A stretch of 64,000 nucleotides of DNA from Pseudolabrys sp. (GCA_036557605.1 DATBHE010000074.1:17671-81670), one strand, 5' to 3'. Counted from the stretch's first letter, positions 18,373-28,340 are shown. Translations and numbers: made by a program. Notes: generated by a model from the sequence alone, not told the origin.

Positions 18373-19917
18373 ATGACCTCAGTAAAAGCGAAATCCAGGT
18401 CGCGACCAGCACATGTAGAGACGCAACTCGAGGCAGGCGCGCTGAGCCATACCGAAATCCGCGCGATCGTGATTGGCATAATGCTGGCGATGTTCCTGGG
18501 GGCTCTTGACCAAACGATCGTGGCGACCGCTCTACCGACTATTGGACGTCATTTCGGAAATCTAGAAGATCTGTCCTGGGTTGTGACAGCCTACCTTCTC
18601 ACCGGCACCGCGGTTACGCCTCTCTACGGCAAACTGGCCGACATCCACGGCCGGCGCGTCATAATGCTTGCGGCGATAGGCATTTTCGTGACGGGATCAG
18701 TCGCTTGCGCCCTGGCACCAAACATGTCCAGCCTCGTGATCGCGCGCGCGTTTCAAGGCCTCGGTGGCGGCGGGCTCATGGCGCTCGCTCAAACGATCAT
18801 CGCTGACATTGTTTCTCCTCGCGAGCGGGGCCGTTACCAAGGTTACATTGGCGCAGTTTTCGCGTTGTCGTCCATTGGCGGTCCGGTACTCGGTGGATTT
18901 CTCACCGAACACATCGATTGGTCACTGATTTTCTGGATCAATCTGCCGCTCGGATTGTGCGCTCTCGGCATGACTTCGAATGTACTGCGACGCGTGCCTT
19001 ATCAGCCGCGCAAGCACCGGCTCGATATCATAGGCGCTCTTTTGATGATGGCGGCCGCGGTTGCGCTCCTGTTTGCATTAACCTGGGGCGGTCGTCGTTT
19101 CGAATGGATTTCGCCACAGATCGGCGCGTTATTGTTTGGCTCTGCCGCCCTCTGGGGTCTGTTTGCATGGCGGCTGGTGAAGACACGCGAACCATTCCTG
19201 CCGCTTGCCGTTCTCGGCAACCCCGTCGTTCGTTGCGCGGCACTGGCGGGCGCCTGCAATATGGGGACGCTCGTCGGGATGACGATTTTCGTGCCGCTCT
19301 ATTTCGAGGTGGTACTGCATCTTTCGGCGAGCCAATCGGGCATGGCGCTGATCCCGCTGATGGGGGCAACTGTTACGTTCTCAACCATTACCGGCCGGAT
19401 GATGACGTATGTCGTTCATTACAAGCGTATGTCGCTGGTCGGGCTTTCGCTCTCAATTTTGTCGCTCGTGCCGCTCGCCATATGGCCGTCCTCGATGCCG
19501 ATGGCGATTGTACTGATGCTGTTGCTGCTTGTTGGATCAGGTCTTGGCACTGTGTTTCCGGTTTCTACCGTCTGCATGCAGAACGCTGTACCTCGCTCTC
19601 AAATGGGAATCGCCACCGGCGCGGCGAACTTCTTCCGCTCCTTGTTTTCTGCGCTTGTCGTTGCCGTGTTGGGAGCCATCGTTCTCGGCGGCCTTGGCGG
19701 AGTGGCCGGCATGTCGGTCGAGATGCTGGCCCGGACAGCTTCGGCGCCCGAACTTGCGTACGCATTTCGGTTTGTTTTTCTCGCCTGCGCGCTGGTGCTT
19801 TCGTTCGGCATGGCATTTCTCATTTCGATGGAAGAGCGGCCGCTCAAGGGTCCGTCGGGGCCCTCACAAGCCGCAACCGCGCCAACGGCGCCCGCGACTC
19901 CGATTCCGGCTGAATGA
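18373..19917 (+). CDS. DHA2/MDR family MFS efflux transporter (14 TM)
   Basis: LDQTIVATALPTI, GKLADIHGRR, RERGRYQG, GPVLGG motifs. Confidence 0.92.
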   Translation: MTSVKAKSRSRPAHVETQLEAGALSHTEIRAIVIGIMLAMFLGALDQTIVATALPTIGRHFGNLEDLSWVVTAYLLTGTAVTPLYGKLADIHGRRVIMLAAIGIFVTGSVACALAPNMSSLVIARAFQGLGGGGLMALAQTIIADIVSPRERGRYQGYIGAVFALSSIGGPVLGGFLTEHIDWSLIFWINLPLGLCALGMTSNVLRRVPYQPRKHRLDIIGALLMMAAAVALLFALTWGGRRFEWISPQIGALLFGSAALWGLFAWRLVKTREPFLPLAVLGNPVVRCAALAGACNMGTLVGMTIFVPLYFEVVLHLSASQSGMALIPLMGATVTFSTITGRMMTYVVHYKRMSLVGLSLSILSLVPLAIWPSSMPMAIVLMLLLLVGSGLGTVFPVSTVCMQNAVPRSQMGIATGAANFFRSLFSALVVAVLGAIVLGGLGGVAGMSVEMLARTASAPELAYAFRFVFLACALVLSFGMAFLISMEERPLKGPSGPSQAATAPTAPATPIPAE

Positions 19918-19967
19918 AAATGCCCTGCCGCGAGCTTGGGCGTCTCAGCAGCTCTGACCCGACTAGG

Positions 19968-20873
19968 TCAAGACCTAACGAAAGTGCCGTCCCGCAACTC
20001 TGAGACCGCTTGCTGAAGCTCTGCCTGTGTATTCATGACAATTGGTCCATACCAGGCGACAGGCTCCTTAATTGGCTTGCCTGAGACGAGCAGAAACCGG
20101 ATGCCATCATCGCCGGCCTGGACGGTGATCTCGTCGCCTGCGTCGAACAGGACTAGCGAACGGTCACCAGCAGGTTCCCGAAATAGGATTTCCTCGCCAT
20201 TGATTTGCTTTTCGGTGAGGACACCAAATGGCTCGGAAGAAGAGGCGAACTTGCCGTCACCTTCAAACACATACGCAAAGCCGTGCCGGTCGAGTTCAAC
20301 CTGAAGTGTTTTCCGCTTGTTCGGAGGTACAAACACGTCGAGATAACGCGGATCTGCTGCAACGCCGTCGACGGGACCTTTTTTACCCCAGAACTCGCCG
20401 CAGATGACCCGCACGCTCGTGCCGTCATCATCTACAACCTCTGGAATCTCGGCGCCCTTGATGTCCTGATAGCGCGGCGCCGTCATTTTGAGTGAGGACG
20501 GTAGATTCGCCCACAGCTGAAACCCGTGCATCCGTCCCTGCGCATCGCCCTGCGGCATTTCCTGATGCATGATACCACGTCCGGCAGTCATCCATTGCAC
20601 GTCGCCGGCGCCAAGCGAGCCGCGATTGCCGAGACTGTCTCCGTGCTCCACCGTTCCCGACAGGACGTAGGTTATAGTCTCGATGCCGCGGTGCGGATGC
20701 CAGGGAAAACCTGCCAGATAGTCGGTCGGCCGCTCATTACGAAAATCGTCTAGCAGCAGAAAAGGATCGGTATCCGAAGTTTCACCAAAGCCGAAAGCGC
20801 GGCGCAGCTTTACTCCCGCTCCCTCGATCGTAGGTTGGGACTGTACAATGCGTTTGACGGGACGGACGGACAT
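19968..20873 (-). CDS. Pirin family protein
   Basis: DPFLLLD, HPHRGIETITY, QWMTAGRGIMHQE; start MSVRPVKR at 20873. Confidence 0.93.
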   Translation of the reverse strand: MSVRPVKRIVQSQPTIEGAGVKLRRAFGFGETSDTDPFLLLDDFRNERPTDYLAGFPWHPHRGIETITYVLSGTVEHGDSLGNRGSLGAGDVQWMTAGRGIMHQEMPQGDAQGRMHGFQLWANLPSSLKMTAPRYQDIKGAEIPEVVDDDGTSVRVICGEFWGKKGPVDGVAADPRYLDVFVPPNKRKTLQVELDRHGFAYVFEGDGKFASSSEPFGVLTEKQINGEEILFREPAGDRSLVLFDAGDEITVQAGDDGIRFLLVSGKPIKEPVAWYGPIVMNTQAELQQAVSELRDGTFVRS

Positions 20874-21064
20874 CGAAACGATCAACCTTGTTGGGCAAGG
20901 CGCCTCAAGAGGAAAAATAATCCTTTCGGTGGAACGTGCCATTCATATACGGAACTTCATATAGGGCTTTCGTACACGAACGAAAGGCTTGAAAGCGCAT
21001 GCGTTCACCCATCTATCAACCGTTTGGATGATGGGATAGAGGCTTCTCCGACCAATCGGCCAAA

Positions 21065-21089
21065 CAGGCCGCATGGTTCATGCGGCCTG
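21065..21089. terminator. Perfect 11-bp stem-loop downstream of the flgIJN operon
   Basis: CAGGCCGCATG-gtt-CATGCGGCCTG; no clear U-tract. Confidence 0.45.
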
Positions 21090-21199
21090 CCATGTCTTGT
21101 CCTATGGGACTGAGCGTGGGCGAAGTGTGGGTGGCTTTGAGATCAGCCTTCACGGGGCCGGGATCCCAGCGCCGAATGCAGCGTCGACAGGAAAACTGA

Positions 21200-21670
21200 T
21201 TACAGCGAGCGGCTGAGCGCGAGCGGTTCGCTTGTTTTTGTGCTTGGAGACAGCGCTCTGCCGTTGGCGCCATAAGTCGATGGCGCCTGTTTGCGGGCAA
21301 GCTCCCCTGAAACTCCGCGGATAATCCCTTCCGACACCGCGTGGGCCGTGGCCAGGACGGTGAGGTTTGTCCGCAGCAGATCGTGGAACCTGTTGTGACG
21401 TTCGCGCACCCGATCAAAGGCATTTGGGATCCAGCGAACAATCTTGTCTTTTTCCGCTCTCACACGTTCATTTTCGACCGCATAGAGGCGGGCAAATTCG
21501 ATCTTGGCCTCGCTCAAGGTCCCTGCATCGCGAAGCTTGCCCGCACGCACACGCTCCGTCTCTTCGGCGAGAGTCCGTTCCAGCCGATCCATGATGTCTT
21601 CCAGGGTGGCAATGGCCCTTTCGGCATCATCGGCGTTGACGATCGAACCTCGCAGATCGGCTGTATTCAT
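21200..21670 (-). CDS. flgN: FlgN-like flagellar export chaperone
   Basis: Helical 156-aa protein coupled to flgJ by an ATGA overlap; NLTVLATAHAVSEGIIR..PSTYG tail; position after flgIJ. Confidence 0.6.
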   Translation of the reverse strand: MNTADLRGSIVNADDAERAIATLEDIMDRLERTLAEETERVRAGKLRDAGTLSEAKIEFARLYAVENERVRAEKDKIVRWIPNAFDRVRERHNRFHDLLRTNLTVLATAHAVSEGIIRGVSGELARKQAPSTYGANGRALSPSTKTSEPLALSRSL

Positions 21671-21999
21671 GGTCGCGCCTCCTGCTGCGCCAGGAGCGAA
21701 CGATAAACCTGGTCGGCGATTCCTATCCCGCCGGATTTGGCGAACGACTTGGCGTATTCATCGGTAAGCATCGAGCGCCAGACGCCGACGGCACCGTTGC
21801 CACCGAAAGGACCGTCGCCCTCGATGCCGGTGAACATATTTTGGAACATTGAATTGAGAAATACGGCTTCGAAATCCTGCGCCGCTACGCGCGCTTTTGC
21901 GTTCTTGGTCGGACCGGGCGTCTTGGCGGCGGACATACTGTTTGCAAGAACGTCCAGCGGCTTGAAGCCGGGCACGGGGATGCTGAGAGCGCCAGCCAT
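21667..21999 (-). CDS. flgJ: Short FlgJ (rod-binding domain only, no muramidase domain)
   Basis: AAQDFEAVFL..MF...WRSMLTDEYAK...GGIGIAD Rod-binding motif; directly after flgI. Confidence 0.88.
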   Translation of the reverse strand: MAGALSIPVPGFKPLDVLANSMSAAKTPGPTKNAKARVAAQDFEAVFLNSMFQNMFTGIEGDGPFGGNGAVGVWRSMLTDEYAKSFAKSGGIGIADQVYRSLLAQQEARP

Positions 22000-23111
22000 C
22001 ACATTACCTCGATTTCAGCCTGGATCGCCCCTGCGGCCTTTATCGCCTGCAGGATGGTAATCAGATCGCGTGGCCCAATGCCCATGGCGTTAAGGCCGTC
22101 GACGACCTGCTGTAGGGAGACACCTTCCTTGACGACGAACATTTTCTTGCCGTCCTCCTGGACGCCGATGCTGGTCCGCGGCACGACTCTCGTTCGTCCG
22201 CCGCGCGAGAAGGGCAGCGGCTGGCTGACCTCAGGTGCTTCCGAAACCGTCACCGTCAGATTGCCTTGCGCGACCGCGACCGTTGACACCCGTACATCGC
22301 GCCCGATCACGACGACGCCCGAACGCTCATCGATAACGATGCGGGCCGGCAGATCCGGTTCGACCTGTAACTGTTCGATTTCGGTCAGGAAGCTGACGAT
22401 ATTGGCTGTCGACTTGGCCGGCACCGTAATCACAACGGTCGACTGATCGATCGGCTCCGCGCTTGGCGAGCCGATGTAGTCATTAATGGCAGCTGCGATG
22501 CGTTTGGCCGTCGTGAAGTCCGGATTGCGCAAGGCCATGCGCAACTGGCCCAGCCGATTGAGGGTGAAATCGATCTCGCGCTCGATCAGTGCGCCATTGG
22601 CGATACGCCCGACGGTTGGTACACCGCGCGTGATCTTGGCTGCTTCGCCCTCGGCCTGAAAACCGCCGATTGCCAGGGATCCCTGTGCAACGGCGTAGAC
22701 ATTGCCGTCGGCCGCCAGCAAAGGCGTCACCAGAAGAGTTCCGCCCTGCAGACTTTTCGCATCGCCCATTGCGGACACGGTCACGTCGATGCGAGTTCCT
22801 TGCGTGCCGAAGGCCGGAAGGTTCGCCGTCACCATCACCGCCGCGACGTTTCCCGTGCGGATCGTCTGGCCACGAATGTTCACGCCGAGCCGCTCGAGCA
22901 TTGCGGTCAGTGATTGCTTGGTGAAGGGAATATTGTTGAGGGTATCGCCGGTGCCATTGAGGCCCACGACCAAGCCGTAGCCGATCAGCTGATTCTGCCG
23001 CACGCCCTCGATGTTGGTGAGATCCTTGATGCGCGACGTCGCCCCGGCACTAACCGGGACGCACAACGCGAGGATCACGACCAGGCATGCAGCCTGCAAC
23101 GCCTTCGTCAT
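21999..23111 (-). CDS. flgI: Flagellar P-ring protein
   Basis: RIKDL..IEGVRQNQLIGYGLVVGLNGTGD; LITILQAIKAAGAI. Confidence 0.97.
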   Translation of the reverse strand: MTKALQAACLVVILALCVPVSAGATSRIKDLTNIEGVRQNQLIGYGLVVGLNGTGDTLNNIPFTKQSLTAMLERLGVNIRGQTIRTGNVAAVMVTANLPAFGTQGTRIDVTVSAMGDAKSLQGGTLLVTPLLAADGNVYAVAQGSLAIGGFQAEGEAAKITRGVPTVGRIANGALIEREIDFTLNRLGQLRMALRNPDFTTAKRIAAAINDYIGSPSAEPIDQSTVVITVPAKSTANIVSFLTEIEQLQVEPDLPARIVIDERSGVVVIGRDVRVSTVAVAQGNLTVTVSEAPEVSQPLPFSRGGRTRVVPRTSIGVQEDGKKMFVVKEGVSLQQVVDGLNAMGIGPRDLITILQAIKAAGAIQAEIEVM

Positions 23112-23149
23112 CACTGCTCCCCAATGTGACGTCTGACTATCCCTGAAGA

Positions 23150-23166
23150 TGCGAACAGCGTGCCAG
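23150..23166 (-). promoter_or_regulatory. Sigma54 -24/-12 promoter of flgI
   Basis: Minus strand CTGGCACGCTGTTCGCA: GG-N10-GC. Confidence 0.7.
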
Positions 23167-23256
23167 ATCAGATTCAGCGTCAAGTCGCTGGCAAGACTTG
23201 AGGTTTTTACCGCCGCCGCGCAGCCGGCGCGCCGTGCAGGCGGCACAAAGGGCCGC

Positions 23257-23275
23257 GGCGGTAATTTTTGCCGGG
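23257..23275 (-). promoter_or_regulatory. ftr-like (FlbD-binding) element
   Basis: Minus strand CCCGGCAAAAATTACCGCC, about 100 bp upstream of the flgI sigma54 site. Confidence 0.55.
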
Positions 23276-23278
23276 TTA

Positions 23279-23297
23279 TTTACCGGCCATTAACCAT
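23279..23297 (+). promoter_or_regulatory. CtrA box upstream of fliX
   Basis: TTTA ccggcca TTAA CCAT. Confidence 0.65.
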
Positions 23298-23355
23298 ACC
23301 GGCTCAGGCTCCGAGGTATTCGGGAACCGATCCGTCTTCGGTGGGGAACATCGCC

Positions 23356-23766
23356 ATGCGCATCTACGGTCCGAACGGAACCGCACTGGCCGCGCCGCCA
23401 GCCACATCGCGGCGGAGCGCTAGTGGCTCTTTCAGCGTAAGCGAGCAGGAAATGCCGCGCAGCTCTCCGGCCGCAACTTCACTGCGGGCGATTTCAACCA
23501 TAGATGCGCTTATCGCGCTGCAGGGAGTGGAGGACCCGACCGAGCGGAAAAAACGTGCGGTCGCCAAGGGGCGTAATGCGCTCGACATGCTCGACACCCT
23601 TAAACTTGGCCTTCTCGATGGAAGCATAGATCAATCGACCCTCGCGCGCCTAAAAGTCGCTTCCGAGGGTCTGACCGAAGCGTCAGGGGACGAAGGCCTT
23701 GACCTCGTGCTGGGCGAAATCGACCTGCGCGTTGCTGTCGAGTTAGCCAAAGCCGGAATTCGCTGA
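23356..23766 (+). CDS. fliX: Flagellar assembly regulator FliX
   Basis: IDALIALQGVEDPTERKKRAV.KGR..LD.LD.LKLGLLDG...IDLRVAVELAK; divergent from flgI. Confidence 0.92.
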   Translation: MRIYGPNGTALAAPPATSRRSASGSFSVSEQEMPRSSPAATSLRAISTIDALIALQGVEDPTERKKRAVAKGRNALDMLDTLKLGLLDGSIDQSTLARLKVASEGLTEASGDEGLDLVLGEIDLRVAVELAKAGIR

Positions 23767-23947
23767 GCCTCAGGCTTGGGTCCCTGCTTGGTCTCTTTTT
23801 AAGAAGTCATTGAACTACCAATAAAATTGGTTCATGCCCGTGAAATCACGCGGATATTGTCCACTGGTTGATGGACGTATATAAGCCTGCCGCTCGGAGG
23901 GGGCGGTACAAGGCGCCCAAGAACAAAAACCAGGGAGTAGGTGGGAA

Positions 23948-24361
23948 ATGTTGGCCAAAACAAAAAACTATCGGCCGTCAGACAAAGAGCCGTTCATGAA
24001 TGAGCGCCAGCGCGAATATTTTCGCGCCAAGTTGCTCGCCTGGAGAGAGGACATCCTCAAGGAAGCCAAGGAAACACTGCAGCATCTTCAGGAAGAGAAT
24101 CAAAATCACCCGGATCTCGCCGACCGTGCTTCATCCGAGACCGACAGGGCCATCGAACTGCGTGCTCGCGATCGTCAACGCAAACTGATTGCCAAAATCG
24201 ATGAGGCGCTCACACGCATCGACGACGGCACTTATGGCTATTGCGAAGAAACCGGCGAGCCGATTTCGCTGCGCCGACTTGAGGCCCGGCCGATTGCGAC
24301 GCTGTCGGTCGAAGCGCAGGAACGGCATGAGAGGCGAGAACGCGTTTACCGCGATGACTGA
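23948..24361 (+). CDS. dksA: RNA polymerase-binding protein DksA
   Basis: YRPSDKEPFMN, DLADRAS acidic tip, GYCEETGEPI..RRLEARP. Confidence 0.96.
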   Translation: MLAKTKNYRPSDKEPFMNERQREYFRAKLLAWREDILKEAKETLQHLQEENQNHPDLADRASSETDRAIELRARDRQRKLIAKIDEALTRIDDGTYGYCEETGEPISLRRLEARPIATLSVEAQERHERRERVYRDD

Positions 24362-24390
24362 ACAGACATAACCGTGATTTTCTGAAGCTG

Positions 24391-24418
24391 TTGCCCGGCA
24401 TGTTGCCGGGCAATTTTT
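24391..24418 (+). terminator. Rho-independent terminator after dksA
   Basis: TTGCCCGGCA-tgt-TGCCGGGCAA followed by TTTTT. Confidence 0.75.
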
Positions 24419-24548
24419 GATGATGCGCGTCGAGGTCCACACGACGAAGCGCGGTCTCCGGCCGGGGAGCAGCCGGAGACCGCGTCGTGGACGCCGTTTA
24501 CGCTCGCGCGATGCGAAACGGCGCGGGAGCCCGATGCGCTACACGGGA

Positions 24549-25295
24549 CTAGAATGGAAGCAATATGTCGAAGATCTGCTCGCCATAGCGGCTCTGTTGC
24601 ACGTCAGTAATCTGGCCGCGGCCTCCGTACGCGATACGTGCCTGCGCGATCTTGTTCGAATCGATCGTGTTGTCGCTCTCGATGTCCTCCGGTCTCACAA
24701 TTCCTGCCACAATGAGTTCGCGCACTTCGAAATTTACGCGAATTTCCTGCTTGCCTTCGATCACCAGGTTTCCGTTCGGCAAGACCTGCGTCACCACGCC
24801 GGCGACATTTGTGCGAAGCTCTTCCGATCGATCGACCGATCCTTTGCCATTGCCGGTCGTACTTGAATCGGCGGTGAAGATGCGCGTCGGCACCGGCGTA
24901 TTCATAATCGGCACTTTTGGTTTGCCGAAGAAGTTGGCAATGCCGGAATCCTCGGTCATCGTCCGGCTTCGCTTGGTCTCATTGTCGATATTGGCCTTGT
25001 CGGTGATGTTGACTTTCACGGTGAGAATGTCGCCCACCTGGTGCGCGCGCTGATCCTTGAAGAACGCGCGCGAACCGTTACGCCACAGTGAGTTTGGATT
25101 GTATGCCGCAGGCTGAGCTGCGGGCATGGGCATCTGGACCGGCTTGTAACCGGGCCGTGTGGTTGGATTGTTCACCGCGGTCAATGGCGGCTGCTCACCG
25201 ATCGATTTGAGCCGATCGACGTAGGCGCAACCATTGAGAAGGGCGCTTGCGAGCGCGGTCAGGACGGCGCGACGCATAACCATAACGACTTTCAT
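24549..25295 (-). CDS. flgH: Flagellar L-ring protein
   Basis: Lipobox LNGC, FFKDQRAHQVGDILTV, IAQARIAYGGRG; start uncertain (25319 or 25295). Confidence 0.96.
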   Translation of the reverse strand: MKVVMVMRRAVLTALASALLNGCAYVDRLKSIGEQPPLTAVNNPTTRPGYKPVQMPMPAAQPAAYNPNSLWRNGSRAFFKDQRAHQVGDILTVKVNITDKANIDNETKRSRTMTEDSGIANFFGKPKVPIMNTPVPTRIFTADSSTTGNGKGSVDRSEELRTNVAGVVTQVLPNGNLVIEGKQEIRVNFEVRELIVAGIVRPEDIESDNTIDSNKIAQARIAYGGRGQITDVQQSRYGEQIFDILLPF

Positions 25296-25371
25296 GACTT
25301 TGCTTTCACTTTGATGCACAAGATTCTCGACGCGATGATACGAATGCCGGACGGAACGAAGTCACCGGCGG

Positions 25372-26388
25372 TCAGTGCGCATTCGTACTGGCTGAGCCAG
25401 CAGGTGTATTGGCAGCGAGCCTCGGCGAGCCGCTCGTGACCGCCACGCGCCCGGGTCCGATGATGACCCCGTGAACCAGGCGTTTGGAATGCTCATTGAG
25501 AACGCTGATGACATCGCCTTCAACGCCGCCCTCGTTCGCCCGTCCGCGTATCGTGAGGACGATTCCGGGGGCTTCGTAGACAAGCGTGACGGATTCGTTT
25601 CGTTGAATCAGGTCAGGTTTCATCAAGTCCGCGGCGCGCAGTGGACGGCCGCCTTGAAGAGTCCCGCGCGCAGCAAGGCCTGCAGCGTCTTCGCGTCTGG
25701 TAATGATGTCACGGCCGACTTCAGCTCGGGGCCGCCGGTCCATGACAACATCAGCGGCCTTTATGATGGTGCCGCGCTCAATCGTTCTTCCGATTGTCGC
25801 AATTTCCACCATTGGAGTAGCCCGGCCGGCGAAACGGAGCACGCTCCGTTTGCCGGAAGCGGCAGGAATCTCGATCATGGCATCGAAGCGGGCACTGCGA
25901 GCATCGTAGTCGATGTGAGTGACCCGAGGTTCGCCGACGGCCGAAGGTTCCACGTAGATTGTTCGTGTGTCCTGTCCGAGGTTGACGACAATGTCTTTGC
26001 TGGCTCCGAGGTTGAATCTTGCCGAAAGCGCCCGCGCAATAAGGGCTTCGATATCTGCTGACGGCACTGGCCGGCTTGCGCGCGTGACCACCACTTCGTC
26101 GAGGCCTGCAGTATCGATCCCGATCAGGGCATGATCGCGGATCGCATTGAGCACGGCGTCCGTCGACACCGTGCCGGTATGGCCGAGGTCGGGGGCGCGA
26201 AAAATCGGCACGGCAGCGACAACACCTGCGTTTTCGATGAGATCGCCAATACGCACGATGTCGCCATGAATGACTGCCTTTGCCTTCAGCACTGGCCGTC
26301 CTGGATCGGGCTGGACCGTCGTTTGTGCATTTGACGGGGCCACGAACGCGGCCCATGCGAGGAATGCGGCAAGGAATAGGCGGATCAT
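25372..26388 (-). CDS. flgA: Flagellar P-ring formation chaperone
   Basis: Signal peptide, SAF-like domain, LIQRNESVTLVY..PGIVLTIRGRA; between flgG and flgH. Confidence 0.9.
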   Translation of the reverse strand: MIRLFLAAFLAWAAFVAPSNAQTTVQPDPGRPVLKAKAVIHGDIVRIGDLIENAGVVAAVPIFRAPDLGHTGTVSTDAVLNAIRDHALIGIDTAGLDEVVVTRASRPVPSADIEALIARALSARFNLGASKDIVVNLGQDTRTIYVEPSAVGEPRVTHIDYDARSARFDAMIEIPAASGKRSVLRFAGRATPMVEIATIGRTIERGTIIKAADVVMDRRPRAEVGRDIITRREDAAGLAARGTLQGGRPLRAADLMKPDLIQRNESVTLVYEAPGIVLTIRGRANEGGVEGDVISVLNEHSKRLVHGVIIGPGRVAVTSGSPRLAANTPAGSASTNAH

Positions 26389-26397
26389 GGTTTGACC

Positions 26398-27186
26398 TCA
26401 GCGCATCAGATTGGAAGTGGCCGACAGCATTTGGTCGGCCGCGGAGATGACTTTGGCATTCATTTCGTAGGCACGCTGTGCAGCAATCAGGTCGGAAATC
26501 TCGCTTACCGCCTCGACATTCGCCTGCTCGAGAAAGCCCTGCTGAAGGTTGCCAAATCCATCCGTATTTGGATTACCGTTCTGCGGCGCACCCGAGGCTG
26601 GTGTTTCGAGATACATGTTGTCGCCGATGCTCTGGAGGCCGGCTTTATTTACGAAAATCGCCAGTTCGATCTGTCCGACCTGGCTGGGCGTGTTGGAGCC
26701 CGGTTGGGTCACGAAAACCTGACCTTGGGAATTGACGGACACGGACATCGCGTTTTGCGGGATGGTGATGCCAGGCTGCACCAGGTTTCCCTGCGCGGTT
26801 ACTAGACGCCCTTGGGCATCGAGTTCCAACGAGCCGTCGCGTGTGTAGGAGGTGCGGCCATCGGGCAACAAGATCTTGAAAAACCCTTCGCCACGGATGG
26901 CGAGGTCGAAGTCCTTGCCCGTCTGTGTGAGCTCACCTTGGCTCATAAGTCGCGGCGTACCGACTGTCTTGACGCCTGAGCCGATCTCGATGCCCGCCGG
27001 CAGAATATTTCCTTGAGCCGACGTCTGGGTGCCGACGCGGCTGACATACTCGTAAAGCAGATCCTGGAATTCAGCGCGCTGACGCTTGTAGCCGGTCGTG
27101 CGCATGTTGGCGATGTTGTTCGAGATGACCTGAACATTGAGTTCCTGGGCCATCATCCCGGTCGCTGCGGTGTGGAGTGCTCGCAT
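26398..27186 (-). CDS. flgG: Flagellar distal rod protein
   Basis: MRALHTAATGM..ISNNIANMRTTGYK; LEQANVEAV.E..LI.AQRAYEMN. Confidence 0.97.
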   Translation of the reverse strand: MRALHTAATGMMAQELNVQVISNNIANMRTTGYKRQRAEFQDLLYEYVSRVGTQTSAQGNILPAGIEIGSGVKTVGTPRLMSQGELTQTGKDFDLAIRGEGFFKILLPDGRTSYTRDGSLELDAQGRLVTAQGNLVQPGITIPQNAMSVSVNSQGQVFVTQPGSNTPSQVGQIELAIFVNKAGLQSIGDNMYLETPASGAPQNGNPNTDGFGNLQQGFLEQANVEAVSEISDLIAAQRAYEMNAKVISAADQMLSATSNLMR

Positions 27187-27207
27187 GGGTTATTCTCCTG
27201 CTGACGC

Positions 27208-27975
27208 TCAGGCCGGCACGTCGGCGAGCTTGTCGATCGCCGAACTTTGCAGGGCCGTTTGCTGTGCGAGCATCGTCGCAATTTGTGTGTAGTTACGTGT
27301 GACCTCGATCATGCGCGTCATTTCCATGACTGCGCGCACGTTGGATTTCTCGATCGAACCCTGCAGGATGCCCGACGTCTTATCGGATTGCGGCGTTACA
27401 CCCGCCGGCGCGAGAAAGACGCCGTTTCCTTCCTTTTGAAGTTGTGTCGGTTGATCAAAGCTCACGAGGCGCAACTGGCCGCGTTGTGATTCCGTTGCCG
27501 CAGTATTGCCTTCGCGTACGCTGATAGTGCCGTCTCTGCTGATGGTGATATCCCGATCCTTTGGCTGAAAGGTAATTGGTCCGGATTCACCCAGGACCTG
27601 GTATCCCTGACTCGTAACCAGTTCACCGCTGCTGTTAATCTGCAAAGCGCCATTGCGTGTGTAGCGTTCGCCGTTAGGCGTCTGCACGGCAAGGTAACCG
27701 CGGCCATCGATCGCGACATCGAGTGCATTTCCGGTGTGCTCAAGCGCGCCTTGGCTGAGGTCGACCCAGGTTGCACGGTCCTGCACAAAACTTACGAGTT
27801 GGTCGGGCCCGGTGAAGGTTTCAGCGCGCGCTGTCGGGCTGATGTATTCCTCGAAGACCGCGCCGTCGGACTTGAATCCGGTGGTGTTGAGATTGGCGAG
27901 GTTGTTTGCGATCACGTCGAGTTCGCGTGCTAACGCGACCTGGCGTGACAGTCCGACAAGAAGTGCGTTGTCCAT
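27208..27975 (-). CDS. flgF: Flagellar proximal rod protein
   Basis: LDVIANNLANLNTTGFK, TGNALDVAI, IEKSNV; start MDNALLVGLS. Confidence 0.95.
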   Translation of the reverse strand: MDNALLVGLSRQVALARELDVIANNLANLNTTGFKSDGAVFEEYISPTARAETFTGPDQLVSFVQDRATWVDLSQGALEHTGNALDVAIDGRGYLAVQTPNGERYTRNGALQINSSGELVTSQGYQVLGESGPITFQPKDRDITISRDGTISVREGNTAATESQRGQLRLVSFDQPTQLQKEGNGVFLAPAGVTPQSDKTSGILQGSIEKSNVRAVMEMTRMIEVTRNYTQIATMLAQQTALQSSAIDKLADVPA

Positions 27976-28078
27976 CGCTGGCTCCCCTGACGGTCTGGCA
28001 AGTGTCGGCCCTCCCGAGGCCGGCATTGACCACACCCGAGGCCACAAGCTCTCCCAAGCCTGCAGCCGGCAATCACTT

Positions 28079-28095
28079 TGCAGCCATCATGCCAA
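28079..28095 (-). promoter_or_regulatory. Sigma54 -24/-12 promoter of flgFGAH
   Basis: Minus strand TTGGCATGATGGCTGCA: GG-N10-GC. Confidence 0.65.
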
Positions 28096-28178
28096 GATGA
28101 AAAACGACGCAAAATCAGATATTTAAGAGCAGTCTGAGCGGTGGTCCGAGCGGCAAAAACAACCATTCGATGACCTGA

Positions 28179-28197
28179 CCCGGCAAAACTTTCCCTC
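28179..28197 (+). promoter_or_regulatory. ftr-like element between flgF and fliL
   Basis: CCCGGCAAAACTTTCCCTC about 90 bp upstream of the flgF sigma54 site; TTAACCAT half-site at 28222-28229. Confidence 0.45.
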
Positions 28198-28340
28198 CGC
28201 CCGCAACCGGGAAAGCATCTGTTAACCATACCGACCTACCTTCGGCCGCAAGGGGTGCGCGAGGGCGCGCAGCCGCGGTGTTTCGCCAACAAACAACGTC
28301 GCTTGCCGTCCCGCCCAAAGCTCGCGAACCGGGGTTATCC

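Noticed and set aside
18918-19913. 331-aa alternative-frame ORF inside the MFS gene
   Set aside because: Arg/Gly/Cys-rich composition typical of off-frame reading in GC-rich DNA.
21667-21999. flgJ lacking the muramidase domain considered as a truncation
   Set aside because: Single-domain FlgJ is the normal form in alphaproteobacteria; start and stop are coupled to its neighbours.
24391-24413. CCCGGC-N5-GCCGGG palindrome resembling an ftr element
   Set aside because: Spacing differs from the other ftr-like sites; it lies just after the dksA stop and is followed by a U-tract, so a terminator explains it.
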